A stretch of 64,000 nucleotides of DNA from an uncultured delta proteobacterium (GCA_963798485.1 CAWCTR010000022.1:1-64000); one strand, 5' to 3'. Positions 28,896 through 39,352 are shown, counted from the first letter of the stretch. Made by a program: numbers and translations. Notes: generated by a model not told the origin, from the sequence alone.

Positions 28896-29999
28896 TTACC
28901 TCCTCTCCGTTCCGGATACGTTCCTGTGCTGTGCAGGGGACGCTATCATCTGCCTGAGTTCCTCAGGGTCCATGGACCTGCCAAGGGCATCATCTAAGGA
29001 TATGAGTTTACGCATATAAAGATTCAGGAGCGTCTGGTTCATGGTCTGCATGCCGTGCTTTGACTGCCCTACCTGCATCTGGGAGTAGATCTGGTGGATC
29101 TTGTCTTCCCTGATAAGGTTCCGTATGGCAGGGGTCGTTATCATCACCTCTGCGCCGAGCACCCTCCCTTTTCCATCCAGCCTGGGGATGAGCTGTTGGG
29201 CGATGACCGCCTCCAGCACAAAGGCCATCTGCGCGCGGACCTGCGACTGCTGGTGAGACGGGAATGCATCCACGACGCGGTTTACTGTCTGGACGGCTGA
29301 GTTGGTATGCAAGGTAGCGAACACGAGGTGGCCTGTCTCGGAGATCGTGAGCGCTGCCTGCATGGTCTCCAGGTCTCTCATCTCTCCGATGAATACCACG
29401 TCAGGGTCCTGCCTGAGGATGTATTTCAGCGCAGTCACAAAGCTCTTGGTATCAGCGCCGATCTCACGCTGATTAACCAGGCAGCCTTTGTGTTTGTGCA
29501 CGAACTCTATGGGGTCTTCAATGGTTACGATATGATCATGGCGCTCGGTATTGATCTTGTCTAAGAATGCAGCCAAAGTCGTGGATTTTCCGCATCCCGT
29601 CGGTCCTGTCACCAGGATCAGGCCCCGGGGAAGCGATGTGAGCTTCATTATCACCGGCGGTAAGCCAAGGGCATCCAACGGCAGGATCTCATAGGGGATC
29701 ATCCTGAACACCCCGGCCAGCGCGCCCCTCTGGATAAAGACATTGGCCCTGAATCGTGCGACACCCTTGATACCGAAGGAGAGGTCGAGTTCCTGTTCCT
29801 CTTCGAACTTATGTTTCTGCGCCTCGGTAAGAATGGAATAGAGCAGTTCGCGTGTTGACTTGGGGTCCATCACCGGCACATCCAGGGGATAGAGCTGCCC
29901 CCTGACGCGGATCTGAGGGGGGGAAGCCGTAGTGATATGCAAGTCGGAAGCGCCTTTTTCAACCATTAATTTGAGTAAGTCATAAATAGAATGTTCCAA
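28896..29999 (-). CDS. pilT: type IV pilus retraction ATPase
   Basis: GPTGCGKST, EDPIE, LRQDPD, TLHT, AIRNLIRE. Confidence 0.95.
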   Translation of the reverse strand: MEHSIYDLLKLMVEKGASDLHITTASPPQIRVRGQLYPLDVPVMDPKSTRELLYSILTEAQKHKFEEEQELDLSFGIKGVARFRANVFIQRGALAGVFRMIPYEILPLDALGLPPVIMKLTSLPRGLILVTGPTGCGKSTTLAAFLDKINTERHDHIVTIEDPIEFVHKHKGCLVNQREIGADTKSFVTALKYILRQDPDVVFIGEMRDLETMQAALTISETGHLVFATLHTNSAVQTVNRVVDAFPSHQQSQVRAQMAFVLEAVIAQQLIPRLDGKGRVLGAEVMITTPAIRNLIREDKIHQIYSQMQVGQSKHGMQTMNQTLLNLYMRKLISLDDALGRSMDPEELRQMIASPAQHRNVSGTERR

Positions 30000-30013
30000 G
30001 GAATCCCTCCTGA

Positions 30014-31720
30014 TTAATCGGCCATTGTTGTTCTTAAGATCTCTGCCACCGAGATAGTCCCATCAAGGACTTTGGCCAGGCCGCTTTGCCTCAGGGTCTT
30101 CATGCCCTGGGAGATGGCCTGGTTTTTGATCTCGGACCCGGATGCACCCATGAGGACAAGCTCCCGTATTGCCTCTCCTACGGGCATGACTTCATACAGC
30201 GCTATCCTGCCCTTGTATCCTGTGTTCCCGCATGCAGGACAGCCCTTTCCTATCATACACTCGGCATTGTCCGCTGTTTCAGGGTCCAGACCCATCTGGA
30301 TCAGTGTTTCATGCGAGGTCTCTTCATCTCTTGTCTTGCACTGGGTGCAAATCTTGCGTGCAAGTCTCTGTGCAACGATCAGGTTGACGGAAGATGCCAC
30401 GAGGAAAGGTTCTATGCCCATGTTCAAGAGCCTGTTGATTGTGGACGGGGCATCATTGGTATGGAGCGTTGAGAGCACGAGGTGTCCTGTCAATGCAGCC
30501 TTGATGCCTATCTCTGCGGTTTCGAAATCACGGATCTCTCCTACGAGGATAATGTCCGGATCCTGCCGGAGGAAGGATCTCAGGGCAGTGGCGAAGGTCA
30601 GGCCGATCTCCTCATGCATCTGGGCCTGATTTACGCCTGGCAGATTGAATTCTACCGGGTCTTCGGCCGTGCATATGTTGCTGTCGATTTTATTGAGCTC
30701 TGACAGGGCGGAATACAACGTTGTCGTCTTACCGGAACCGGTGGGACCGGTTACAAGGACCATACCCCATGGCTTGTAGATACCCTCTTTGAAACGAGTA
30801 AGGGCCTGCTCTTCAAAACCGAGCTTGGTCATGTCAAGCTGGAGGTTCGATTTGTCAAGGATTCTCAATACGACCTTTTCACCGAAAAGGGTGGGCAGCA
30901 CTGAAACCCGGAACTCCACTTCCTTGCCGCCCTGTATCTTAAGTTTGATTCTGCCGTCCTGGGGCAGCCTCCTCTCGGCGATATCAAGCTTTGCCATGAT
31001 CTTCAGCCTCGAGACCAGCGCGTTTTTCATACGGATCGGTGGTTTCATTGCCTCATGGAGCATGCCGTCCAGCCTGAATCTTATCCTTAAGAATTTTTCA
31101 TAGGGTTCGATATGGATGTCACTCGCCCCTTTTTTAATTGCATCCACAAGGGTCAGGTTTACCAGTTTGATGACAGGGGCCTGGTCCGCCTCCCTTTCCA
31201 GATCTCCTACCGCGAGGTCGTCACCGTCGGCAGCGACCTCGATAGACCCCCCATACTCCTCCATGCTGCTCAGGGCATCATCGAGGGATGCGCTCTGGTC
31301 ATAGAAATGATCTATGGCCCATTTGAGCGAATCCTCCGAGGTTACGAAAACTTCAATGGAATATCCTGTTAAGAACTTGAGGTCATCAACGGCGAAAATA
31401 TTCGTAGGATCGGTCATGGCCACCTTCAGGGTGGCGCCGTTTCGCTCAAAGGGTATGGCGTGGTATTTCTGGACAACATTGATAGGGATGAGCTTTACAA
31501 TCTCAGGATCAGGATTCAGGTTCTTGAGGATAACAGCCGGCAGCCGGTATTGCTTGCCGAGAAAATCTACGAGCTGCTCCTCGCTGAGGTGTCCGAGCTT
31601 GACGAGCTGGGATCCCAGCCGGACCCCCGAGACTTTCTGCGCCTTTTGCGCCTCAAGGAGTTGTTCGGTTGTAATAAGAGCATTTTTTACTAGCTGCTCG
31701 CCAATACGCTCATTTGCCAT
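30014..31720 (-). CDS. pilB: type IV pilus assembly ATPase
   Basis: MshEN-like RIGEQL/RLGSQL, ASDIH, GPTGSGKT, LRQDPD, Cys4 Zn motif. Confidence 0.95.
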   Translation of the reverse strand: MANERIGEQLVKNALITTEQLLEAQKAQKVSGVRLGSQLVKLGHLSEEQLVDFLGKQYRLPAVILKNLNPDPEIVKLIPINVVQKYHAIPFERNGATLKVAMTDPTNIFAVDDLKFLTGYSIEVFVTSEDSLKWAIDHFYDQSASLDDALSSMEEYGGSIEVAADGDDLAVGDLEREADQAPVIKLVNLTLVDAIKKGASDIHIEPYEKFLRIRFRLDGMLHEAMKPPIRMKNALVSRLKIMAKLDIAERRLPQDGRIKLKIQGGKEVEFRVSVLPTLFGEKVVLRILDKSNLQLDMTKLGFEEQALTRFKEGIYKPWGMVLVTGPTGSGKTTTLYSALSELNKIDSNICTAEDPVEFNLPGVNQAQMHEEIGLTFATALRSFLRQDPDIILVGEIRDFETAEIGIKAALTGHLVLSTLHTNDAPSTINRLLNMGIEPFLVASSVNLIVAQRLARKICTQCKTRDEETSHETLIQMGLDPETADNAECMIGKGCPACGNTGYKGRIALYEVMPVGEAIRELVLMGASGSEIKNQAISQGMKTLRQSGLAKVLDGTISVAEILRTTMAD

Positions 31721-31738
31721 ATCTCACCTTCCTAATGA

Positions 31739-31766
31739 CTATCGGCAATTGGAGAGTCTGACTTTA
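31739..31766 (-). promoter_or_regulatory. sigma28 (FliA)-like promoter upstream of pilB
   Basis: Minus strand TAAA-N16-GCCGATAG. Confidence 0.55.
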
Positions 31767-31885
31767 ACAAGGTAAAATCAGCATTCAATGGTGTAATCGT
31801 AGCGTCAAAATAAAGTCTAATTATCCTACCAAGATGAACATAAAATCCCAGTTATAATGATAATGATTATAACCTTACTTTATCT

Positions 31886-32218
31886 TCAGGTGTCTTTCTT
31901 ATCCTTTTTCGCCCGGATCTGGTTGAGGGAGATCACTTTAGCGTTGTTGATGCCGCTCTTTCTTAGGGTCTGTGATTTCTTGTGCCCTGATCTTTCAAGT
32001 GGTAAGATTTGAATGGGTATGTCTTTCATCGTAAATGGTGATCCATCGAGGTATTCCCTCTGGAGTATCCATGATATCTCTTGGGGCGGGAAGCTCAAGA
32101 ACAGGAGTTTCACCTGATACCACTTGGGTTTTATATCGGCCTCGATCGCCTCTATCCTTGCATATACCGAGGGCTTATTGTCGATATGGATGATCACCAC
32201 ATCACCGATAGAATTCAT
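31886..32218 (-). CDS. hypothetical protein
   Basis: 110-aa ORF with protein-like composition. Confidence 0.7.
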   Translation of the reverse strand: MNSIGDVVIIHIDNKPSVYARIEAIEADIKPKWYQVKLLFLSFPPQEISWILQREYLDGSPFTMKDIPIQILPLERSGHKKSQTLRKSGINNAKVISLNQIRAKKDKKDT

Positions 32219-32327
32219 AGTGTCTGTCTATCACAAAGGGTGGAACATATCCACTTTAGATATGGTAATGAAGCATTGTTCTATATTATTTAACTTTTTA
32301 TACCGGAAAGTCGATGGTGGATAAGAG

Positions 32328-33296
32328 ATGGCTGAAGAGATCCTATTCGTTGATGACGAAGAATATATTCTTGATATTGCTCAGCAGATCTTTGCTGAGC
32401 GCAATATAACCATCCTCACCGCAGCCAGCGGCGATGAAGCCCTTGATATAATAAGAAAACATGAGATTGCCGTGCTTGTCTCCGATAACCACATGCCCGG
32501 CATGAAGGGTATCGATCTCCTCTCCAGGATTAAGGCCCTTTCTCCTGATACGGTGAAGATCCTCATGACGGGATTTGCCGACCTGGAGACCGCCTTAGAC
32601 GCCATCAACAGGGTGGAGGTTTTCCGGTTCATTGTCAAACCATGGGAGAATACCCAGCTTGTAGCCCTTGTAGAAGATGCATTAGAGCGCTACCGGCTCA
32701 TCAAGTCCATCCTCAGGGGGGATGAAAACATGATGCGTTCCCTGGTCCATGCCCTTGAGCTCAAAGACCCCTACACTAGGGGACATTCGGAGCGGGTAGC
32801 CGGCTATGCACTCATGATTGCAGAGCGCCTCGGTCTGCCGGAAGAGGCATTGACCTCGTTGCGCTACGGCAGCTGGCTGCATGATTGCGGTAAGATAGGG
32901 GTCTCCGAGAATATCCTCAATAACGAAGGGCCCCTGGATGAGGCAGAGATCCATATCATCAGGAACCACCCCTTGTGGGGGGCGGATATGGCCAGGAAAG
33001 GGCACCTGACCCGTGCCATTGTAGATGTCATTCTTTCTCACCATGAGCGTTACGACGGCAAAGGATACCCGGCTGGTCTGGCAGGCGAAGAGATCATTCT
33101 TGAGTCACGAATCGTCAGTGTGGCCGACATCTATGATGCATTGACCACCGAGCGTCCTTACCGTATGCCTTATACCCGTGAACGGGCGCTTGAAATGCTG
33201 CTTTCCATGAAGGGCAATGTTCTTGACCCGGCATTGGTGGACTGCTTTGTCTCCATCATACAAGAGGATGGAAGCCAGGATATAAGCACCCAATAG
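32328..33296 (+). CDS. response regulator with HD-GYP phosphodiesterase domain
   Basis: REC domain (FVDDE, D phospho-site, KP) + HD, HHERYDGKGYP. Confidence 0.92.
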   Translation: MAEEILFVDDEEYILDIAQQIFAERNITILTAASGDEALDIIRKHEIAVLVSDNHMPGMKGIDLLSRIKALSPDTVKILMTGFADLETALDAINRVEVFRFIVKPWENTQLVALVEDALERYRLIKSILRGDENMMRSLVHALELKDPYTRGHSERVAGYALMIAERLGLPEEALTSLRYGSWLHDCGKIGVSENILNNEGPLDEAEIHIIRNHPLWGADMARKGHLTRAIVDVILSHHERYDGKGYPAGLAGEEIILESRIVSVADIYDALTTERPYRMPYTRERALEMLLSMKGNVLDPALVDCFVSIIQEDGSQDISTQ

Positions 33297-33602
33297 GGGT
33301 CGCCAATAGGGTTCAATGATAAGACCTGGGAATATTTAGTGTCACTCAGGTCTTGAATCTTGAACCTGGACTATAAAGACCTGAGGCCTTTCTCTCCGTA
33401 ACACCTTTTTCCTCACATGCGATTTTGGTGGAAGCACCTTTTTAGTGCTATGATATCAAGGGAGATCTGTACCACCAGACCGGCATGTATAAAAATATCC
33501 TTACCCCATGATTCAAAGTGATCTATTATATAGATATAGGCATAGGCAAGATGATTAATCCTGCATTTCACCCATATTAGAATTCAAGGAAGGATATGTT
33601 AA

Positions 33603-36224
33603 ATGGAAAGTAACGATGTAATAATATATTCAGTAGTCTTTGCATTAAGCTTTATTACTTTCTACACTTTCTTGAAAATCGGTGTCAAAAAGATCGCTGA
33701 CACCGTGACGGCTAAACCACTACGATTTATCCTTCTTTCATTGATCATCGTGGGAATTCTTGGGATTGGGATTAAGAATCTAACCTTGGAACCTGATATA
33801 AAGGTTTTGCTCCCAAAGAAAATGCCTGCACTTAAAACATTCGACAAGATTGAACAGTTGTTTGGCGGCGTCGACACCGTCTATTTCTGTGTGACTGCAA
33901 AAAATGGGACTGTCTGGGACCCGCATATCCTCTCTCAGATTCGCGGGATCAGTAAAAAATTAAAGACTTCTCCTTATATAGACCAGATCCTGTCTATCAC
34001 CGAGGCAAAATCCATCTCGAACAAAGATGATATTATGGAAGTCACTAACATCGTTCCGGAAGACATGACTCTCGTTAGGCCGGAGGATGTAGGCAAGATC
34101 AGGGATAAGGTAAAAGCCAATGACATGATTTACAAGCGTCTGATAAGCCGTGATGGAAAATCAGCCCTGATTGTTGCGTCGGTCAATCTTCATGCCCTTG
34201 TAACCACGTCCAATGGTAGGAAGTCATACCGATTGGTTCAGGACAAGGAACTCTGCGAGCGTGTTGCGGATCAACCTGATAACCCTACTTTGCTCAATAT
34301 CATGGATAAATTCGCCGATCCTGCGTACAAGCTCACAGTAACAGGCTTCCCATACCTCAGATATAACCTCTGGATGCAGATGGCTTCGGACTTGAAGGTT
34401 TTCCTCATACTCGGCATCATCGTCATGCTGGCTTTTTTATATGCAAGCTTTAGAACCCTACGAGGGATGCTCCTTCCGCTAATCGTCGTATTGCTCTCAG
34501 TCACGGCATCCTTTGGTTTTATGGGGTGGATGAGAGAGAAGATAACGCTCCCTTTCGTCATCATGGGCCCGATGCTCATCGCTATTGCGCATAACTACGG
34601 TACACAGCTCATTGCAAAGTATTACGAGGATGTGCAGGATGCTCGCGGCCATCTAACCAGAGAGGATGTAAGGCACATCGCCGGAAAGGGCATCATCTCG
34701 ATCGGTGCGCCTGTCCTTATTTCTGCGATCACCGTAATCGTGGGGTTCGTGACAATGATCGCTCATCCCATCAGAGGTCTCGCCTTGCTTGGGTTATTCT
34801 GCGCCTTCGGGATCATTGCCGCATTCATCCTGACGATCCTCTTCCATACGGCGATCCTTTCCTACATCAACGTGCCGCATATGCTCATGGACAAACCCCA
34901 TGGGATGAAAACGGATAAAATGCTGAAATCTGTTGCGCAGTTCACTATCAACAGAAAGATTGAAATGCTCGCGGGTGTATTTCTTCTCGCAGCCCTTTGT
35001 ATATACTTTATCCCGAAGATAGAGGTTGATGCAAATGTGATGAATCAATTCCCGAAGAGTTCGTCGATCTACAAGGATGCAGAGTTCATCAGTGATAACT
35101 TCGGCGGATACAGCACGCTCAACATCCTTATCGAGGCAACCCATCCTGTTGCTAATGACTCACCGGAAGACGGACCCATGAAGAATCCACAGATACTCAA
35201 GTGGATGGAAGGCTTCCAGAAATATGCGCTTGCGCAAACTGATCCGAAAACGAACAAAAAGCTCATCGGTGATGCATTATCCATGTCTGATTTTATCTCG
35301 TACATGAACAGGATCATGAAGAACGACCCCAAAGAAAACAGGGTCCCGGACAGCCGTAATCTTATCGCCCAATATTTACTGTCTTATGAGAATCAGAGCT
35401 CGGGAGAATTTTCCGGTCTTGTCGACTATAAGTACAACAATACGCAGATTATTGTCAGGCTGCCCGATATGAGCACCCCCCGCCTGCACCTCCTTATCGC
35501 TCATCTGAAACAGTATATAAAGGATCATCCGAACAAAGAAATCCAGGTCTCTTGCGGTGGGACTGTCGCGATAAATGCCGAGATCGGGACCATGATCGTT
35601 GATGGGCAGATCTGGAGCCTTACGCTCAGTATTTTAATCATTATCATCTGCTATATGATATTTTTCAGGTCCTTTATCGCAGGACTGATCGCAGTTGTGC
35701 CGCTGTTTTGTGCGATAACGCTCGTCTTCGGCATCATGGGGGCCCTGCATATTCCCCTCGATTATATCACAGCAACATTGACCGGCATAAGCATCGGTGC
35801 AGGGACTGACTATACGGCATACTTCCTCTGGAGGCTCAGGGAACGGTCTCGATCACGTGGAAACCTTGAGGCCGGCTATATCGACACAATGACATCCATC
35901 GGTAAAGGGATTGTGTATAACGGATTCTCCGTTGTTGTAGGGTTTTTTGTATTCTTTTTCAGCAACTTTATACCAATGCGTTTTTTCGGCTTTCTGATCT
36001 CGTTCTCGATCCTTGCCTGCATCGTCAGTACCCTCACTGTACTTCCTGTTGTTATATTCATGGTGAAACCGAAGTTCCTTATGCAGAGAGAAACTCAAAG
36101 GCGCGAGGGTCTGGAAGGCTTGATGAGGCTGCCTGCCCAGGAACCTCAGGCTGAGACGGTGAAAGCCTCAGAGTCTTCGTATGGGGCGCCTATAGACAGA
36201 GAATTTCTGGAAGACCAATCTTGA
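33603..36224 (+). CDS. MMPL/RND family transporter
   Basis: Two TM bundles with periplasmic loops, GAGTDY, FGG signatures. Confidence 0.88.
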   Translation: MESNDVIIYSVVFALSFITFYTFLKIGVKKIADTVTAKPLRFILLSLIIVGILGIGIKNLTLEPDIKVLLPKKMPALKTFDKIEQLFGGVDTVYFCVTAKNGTVWDPHILSQIRGISKKLKTSPYIDQILSITEAKSISNKDDIMEVTNIVPEDMTLVRPEDVGKIRDKVKANDMIYKRLISRDGKSALIVASVNLHALVTTSNGRKSYRLVQDKELCERVADQPDNPTLLNIMDKFADPAYKLTVTGFPYLRYNLWMQMASDLKVFLILGIIVMLAFLYASFRTLRGMLLPLIVVLLSVTASFGFMGWMREKITLPFVIMGPMLIAIAHNYGTQLIAKYYEDVQDARGHLTREDVRHIAGKGIISIGAPVLISAITVIVGFVTMIAHPIRGLALLGLFCAFGIIAAFILTILFHTAILSYINVPHMLMDKPHGMKTDKMLKSVAQFTINRKIEMLAGVFLLAALCIYFIPKIEVDANVMNQFPKSSSIYKDAEFISDNFGGYSTLNILIEATHPVANDSPEDGPMKNPQILKWMEGFQKYALAQTDPKTNKKLIGDALSMSDFISYMNRIMKNDPKENRVPDSRNLIAQYLLSYENQSSGEFSGLVDYKYNNTQIIVRLPDMSTPRLHLLIAHLKQYIKDHPNKEIQVSCGGTVAINAEIGTMIVDGQIWSLTLSILIIIICYMIFFRSFIAGLIAVVPLFCAITLVFGIMGALHIPLDYITATLTGISIGAGTDYTAYFLWRLRERSRSRGNLEAGYIDTMTSIGKGIVYNGFSVVVGFFVFFFSNFIPMRFFGFLISFSILACIVSTLTVLPVVIFMVKPKFLMQRETQRREGLEGLMRLPAQEPQAETVKASESSYGAPIDREFLEDQS

Positions 36225-36256
36225 TCGGGTTATAGGGCACTCGTCTTAAAAAAACA

Positions 36257-36286
36257 AAAGGGTTACGATTCTCATCGTAACCCTTT
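36257..36286. terminator. intrinsic terminator (probable original tRNA operon terminator)
   Basis: AAAGGGTTACGAT-tctc-ATCGTAACCCTTT. Confidence 0.75.
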
Positions 36287-36295
36287 AATATAATG

Positions 36296-36341
36296 TGGCG
36301 TCCCCAAGGGGATTTGAACCCCTGTCGCCGGCGTGAAAGGC
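36296..36341 (-). repeat. att site: duplicated 3' part of tRNA-Glu
   Basis: 46 bp identical to 54351-54396. Confidence 0.95.
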
Positions 36342-36445
36342 TATCGACAGAGTAAATCCATTGACACTCAAAGCAAGGAAGCAAGCCAATTTACAGACTT
36401 AACTAATTTTGATTGTTGACCGTTTGTTGACTCTTTCCAGATTTT

Positions 36446-37519
36446 TCATACCTTTTCAGGCAAAAGGTCAACACCGGGGTCAACATTTTCTGTGTTCGTT
36501 TGGAGCAGATTCATGTACTGTTTCTGGTCTGTCGCAAGGTTATGAATGTATATCTCGGTGGTCTTCATGTTAGCATGGCCAAGTACCTCTTGGATAACCT
36601 TTGTAGGGGTATGACCCATAGCCAGGAGCGATGCTGTGTATCTCCTGAGTGCATGAAAGCCGAAAGGCTTCACTTTTGCTCTCTTGCACAAGCCCTTAAG
36701 GAATCTACGTCTTACCTTGAAGGGCTTTCCATAATGCGGTGAATGTGGGTTTGAGTTAACAATAAGGTACTCCGTGTTCTTGATCGGCCTATTCTTCAAC
36801 CACCACTTCAAGCTCTCATAGAGTTCATCAGACATGGTGATATACCTCGGTACTCTGCTGCCATCTTTGCTCTTCTTAGTGAAGAGTCTGATTTGTCGCT
36901 GATCCATGTGCACATCTTCGACAGCACAGTTAAAGATCTCCGAACGCCTTGCCCCTGTATGTAAGTACAAGGTAAGGAAGAACCGTTCCTCCCTGGTGCA
37001 AGCCATGATCACCCGCAGTACATCTTCAACAGGTGGAGTATACTGAGGCTTGCGGTCTTGGGGCAAGTTCTTGACCCTGGTTACAGGATTCAACTGTAAG
37101 TCGGGATACTCGTCTTTCATGAACACCCCTGCCCACTCGAACATGGCATGTAGGTTCTTCCTGTCTTTGTTGCTGGCGTTATTGCTGACCGCCTCAGCCC
37201 TTGTGGTAAGGTACTTCGACACCATAAGTGGGGTGATTTCGTTGACCAGGCATTCCACTCCCCAGGCTGCTATTAAACGATTACACACAGCAGTCTTCTC
37301 TTTGATGGTCTTCTTACTGTATCTCTGAGCATAGGTAAGGTATTCAACAGTCAGGGATAACAAGTCCAAGCTCCCTGGCTCGATCCCGGCTAGTTGCTCC
37401 CTGCGTTTCTCTTGTTCCCACTCTTGGGCTTCTCGTTTGGTTCCGAACCCGTCCCTTGTATATGTCTTTCTGTTGACCTTTACTCGGCCTTGCCAGTTCT
37501 CGCCCCGCTTCGTAGGCAT
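36446..37519 (-). CDS. int: tyrosine integrase
   Basis: HTGARRSEI, TKKSK, FHALRR, LGH, TTEIY: complete catalytic set. Confidence 0.95.
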   Translation of the reverse strand: MPTKRGENWQGRVKVNRKTYTRDGFGTKREAQEWEQEKRREQLAGIEPGSLDLLSLTVEYLTYAQRYSKKTIKEKTAVCNRLIAAWGVECLVNEITPLMVSKYLTTRAEAVSNNASNKDRKNLHAMFEWAGVFMKDEYPDLQLNPVTRVKNLPQDRKPQYTPPVEDVLRVIMACTREERFFLTLYLHTGARRSEIFNCAVEDVHMDQRQIRLFTKKSKDGSRVPRYITMSDELYESLKWWLKNRPIKNTEYLIVNSNPHSPHYGKPFKVRRRFLKGLCKRAKVKPFGFHALRRYTASLLAMGHTPTKVIQEVLGHANMKTTEIYIHNLATDQKQYMNLLQTNTENVDPGVDLLPEKV

Positions 37520-37673
37520 CCCTTAGACCCTCCTCAGTATAGATCAGCTTACCACCAATCCTCGATGCACCAAGATCACTCGCATGTTCATACACCCATC
37601 CGAGTGAAGCATTCAAGCGAGCAGAGATTTCTTTCGGTGTAATCACATTTATGTTCATGGTTGATCCCATCAT
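37344..37673 (-). CDS. excisionase-like HTH protein
   Basis: ITPKEISARLNASLGWVYEH winged-HTH pattern, directly upstream of and overlapping int. Confidence 0.6.
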   Translation of the reverse strand: MMGSTMNINVITPKEISARLNASLGWVYEHASDLGASRIGGKLIYTEEGLRDAYEAGRELARPSKGQQKDIYKGRVRNQTRSPRVGTRETQGATSRDRARELGLVIPDC

Positions 37674-39106
37674 GCAGCGGCCCTCTCTCTTGCTGAGCCA
37701 TCTTGATCTGAAAGACTTACACCAATGCTCTTGTAGGCCTTCAACCTGTCCCTGTAACTACTTCTAAGCACTCCAGGGACATCAACATAATCGTAAATCA
37801 GAGGAGTCTCTTTACCCTCGTCTATCCTGATGATACGCCCGATACACTGCTTCACCTTCCCACTGAACCGTATAGGAATTGTCAGGAAGATAGAAGAAAG
37901 GCTCTTGAGGTCGAACCCTTCTCCGATGAGCTGGGCCGTAGCCACAAGGGCTTTACCTTCACCATTATTGAGGTCTTCTATTACCTGTGCCCGTTCCTTA
38001 CTCGGAGTAGATCCCGTCAAGAGCTTTGCATCAATACCTATTGCGACCAACCTGCTGTGAAGCGTATAGCAATGATCCTTCCTATCAGAGATCACCAGGG
38101 CTGTCCCTTGCTTCTCCGTCTGATTGATAACATCCTGTATGATCATTTCATTTCTTACCGAATCATTCACGAGGGCTGTTATACATCCCTGGTAATCACC
38201 AGCAGCATCGTCATAGTCGAATTCCGTGACCCTTGGGATAAGCCGTGCACACATGATCTGCCCTGCTGCCTGGAGTTGAGCCGCAGTGATTCTGTGTACT
38301 CGGTCTCCTGTGAAGTAGTAGATGAGATTTGTGAGCCCATCATTCCTGTATGGAGTGGCAGAAAGACCGAGCATAAACCGAGTGTCGAATTCTTTTAACA
38401 CCTCGGTGAAGGTCTTTGAGGGTACACGGTGTACTTCGTCAATTATCACTTGGCCTACTTGCTTATTGACTTCGTAGGCGCACTCCTTGAGCGAGTTGAC
38501 GATTGCTATCGTGAGCTTTGACCCTATAGAGTGATGACCATCACCAATGAGTCCGATCTCTTCGGGCTTGATATCGGTGAACTGTAAGGCCCTGTCTCTC
38601 CATTGGTTCAGGAGTTCCTTTGTCCGCACAATGACAAGGGTAGGCTGCTTCCTCTCAGCAATAACCTTAAGAGCCGTAACGGTCTTACCTGAACCCGTTG
38701 GGCTCTCCAGAACACCGAAGTCATGAGACCGTATGTCACTTACCGCATTGACTTGATGAGGCTTAAGCTGCCCGGTGAAATTAATATCCATGTCAGGGCA
38801 GGTGTGTGTTTTATCGACAAGGCAGTACGGGACACCTGCATCATTAAGGCGTCTGATCAGTCTGTTAAGGTAACCCCTCGGCATGTAATGACCCCAGCCA
38901 TTCTCACTGCGGTGACAATACGTAAGCCTGGGGGAAACTTTCGTTCCCTTCCATTTGCTGTACTTGATTGTGTTCGCATACTTGGGATTATCTATGGTCA
39001 ATTCTTCCCGGATCTTGTCCAAGGGTTCGCATGGGCCATTGATCGTAATGACATTGTTCACAAGAATCTCTGTATTCAAGGTGTATCCTCCTAGGGATTC
39101 GGTCAA
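37670..39106 (-). CDS. SF2 DEAD/DEAH-box helicase (ResIII/RadD-like)
   Basis: LKPHQ, PTGSGKT, DEVH, LSATP, GEGFD, QCIGRIIR. Confidence 0.92.
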   Translation of the reverse strand: MTESLGGYTLNTEILVNNVITINGPCEPLDKIREELTIDNPKYANTIKYSKWKGTKVSPRLTYCHRSENGWGHYMPRGYLNRLIRRLNDAGVPYCLVDKTHTCPDMDINFTGQLKPHQVNAVSDIRSHDFGVLESPTGSGKTVTALKVIAERKQPTLVIVRTKELLNQWRDRALQFTDIKPEEIGLIGDGHHSIGSKLTIAIVNSLKECAYEVNKQVGQVIIDEVHRVPSKTFTEVLKEFDTRFMLGLSATPYRNDGLTNLIYYFTGDRVHRITAAQLQAAGQIMCARLIPRVTEFDYDDAAGDYQGCITALVNDSVRNEMIIQDVINQTEKQGTALVISDRKDHCYTLHSRLVAIGIDAKLLTGSTPSKERAQVIEDLNNGEGKALVATAQLIGEGFDLKSLSSIFLTIPIRFSGKVKQCIGRIIRIDEGKETPLIYDYVDVPGVLRSSYRDRLKAYKSIGVSLSDQDGSARERAAA

Positions 39107-39124
39107 TTCGATGACCGTGGGTTA

Positions 39125-39345
39125 AAAACTTACATGCAATCTTACAGGTGCATTTCTGTAAGTGCAGAATGGTTCTGTGCCTTGATTTGCTGAGAATTTA
39201 CAGATTATCTCAATAGAGAGGGAGATATAATTATATATATCTCTCCCCCTCTCTTGTAGTATCATGTAAGAACGCTGTAAACTGGCTACTGATGCGGATA
39301 TGCGGTTACAGATAACGACCTGTAAGAATGTCTGTAAGTTTTCCT
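39125..39345. other. putative replication origin
   Basis: About nine (C)TGTAA(G)/(C)TTACA(G) iterons in both orientations around an AT-cored inverted repeat (39214-39255), directly downstream of prim-pol. Confidence 0.7.
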
Positions 39346-39352
39346 CTGTTGG

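Noticed and set aside
36296-36341. Second tRNA-Glu gene
   Set aside because: Only the 3' 46 nt are present; it is the att duplication
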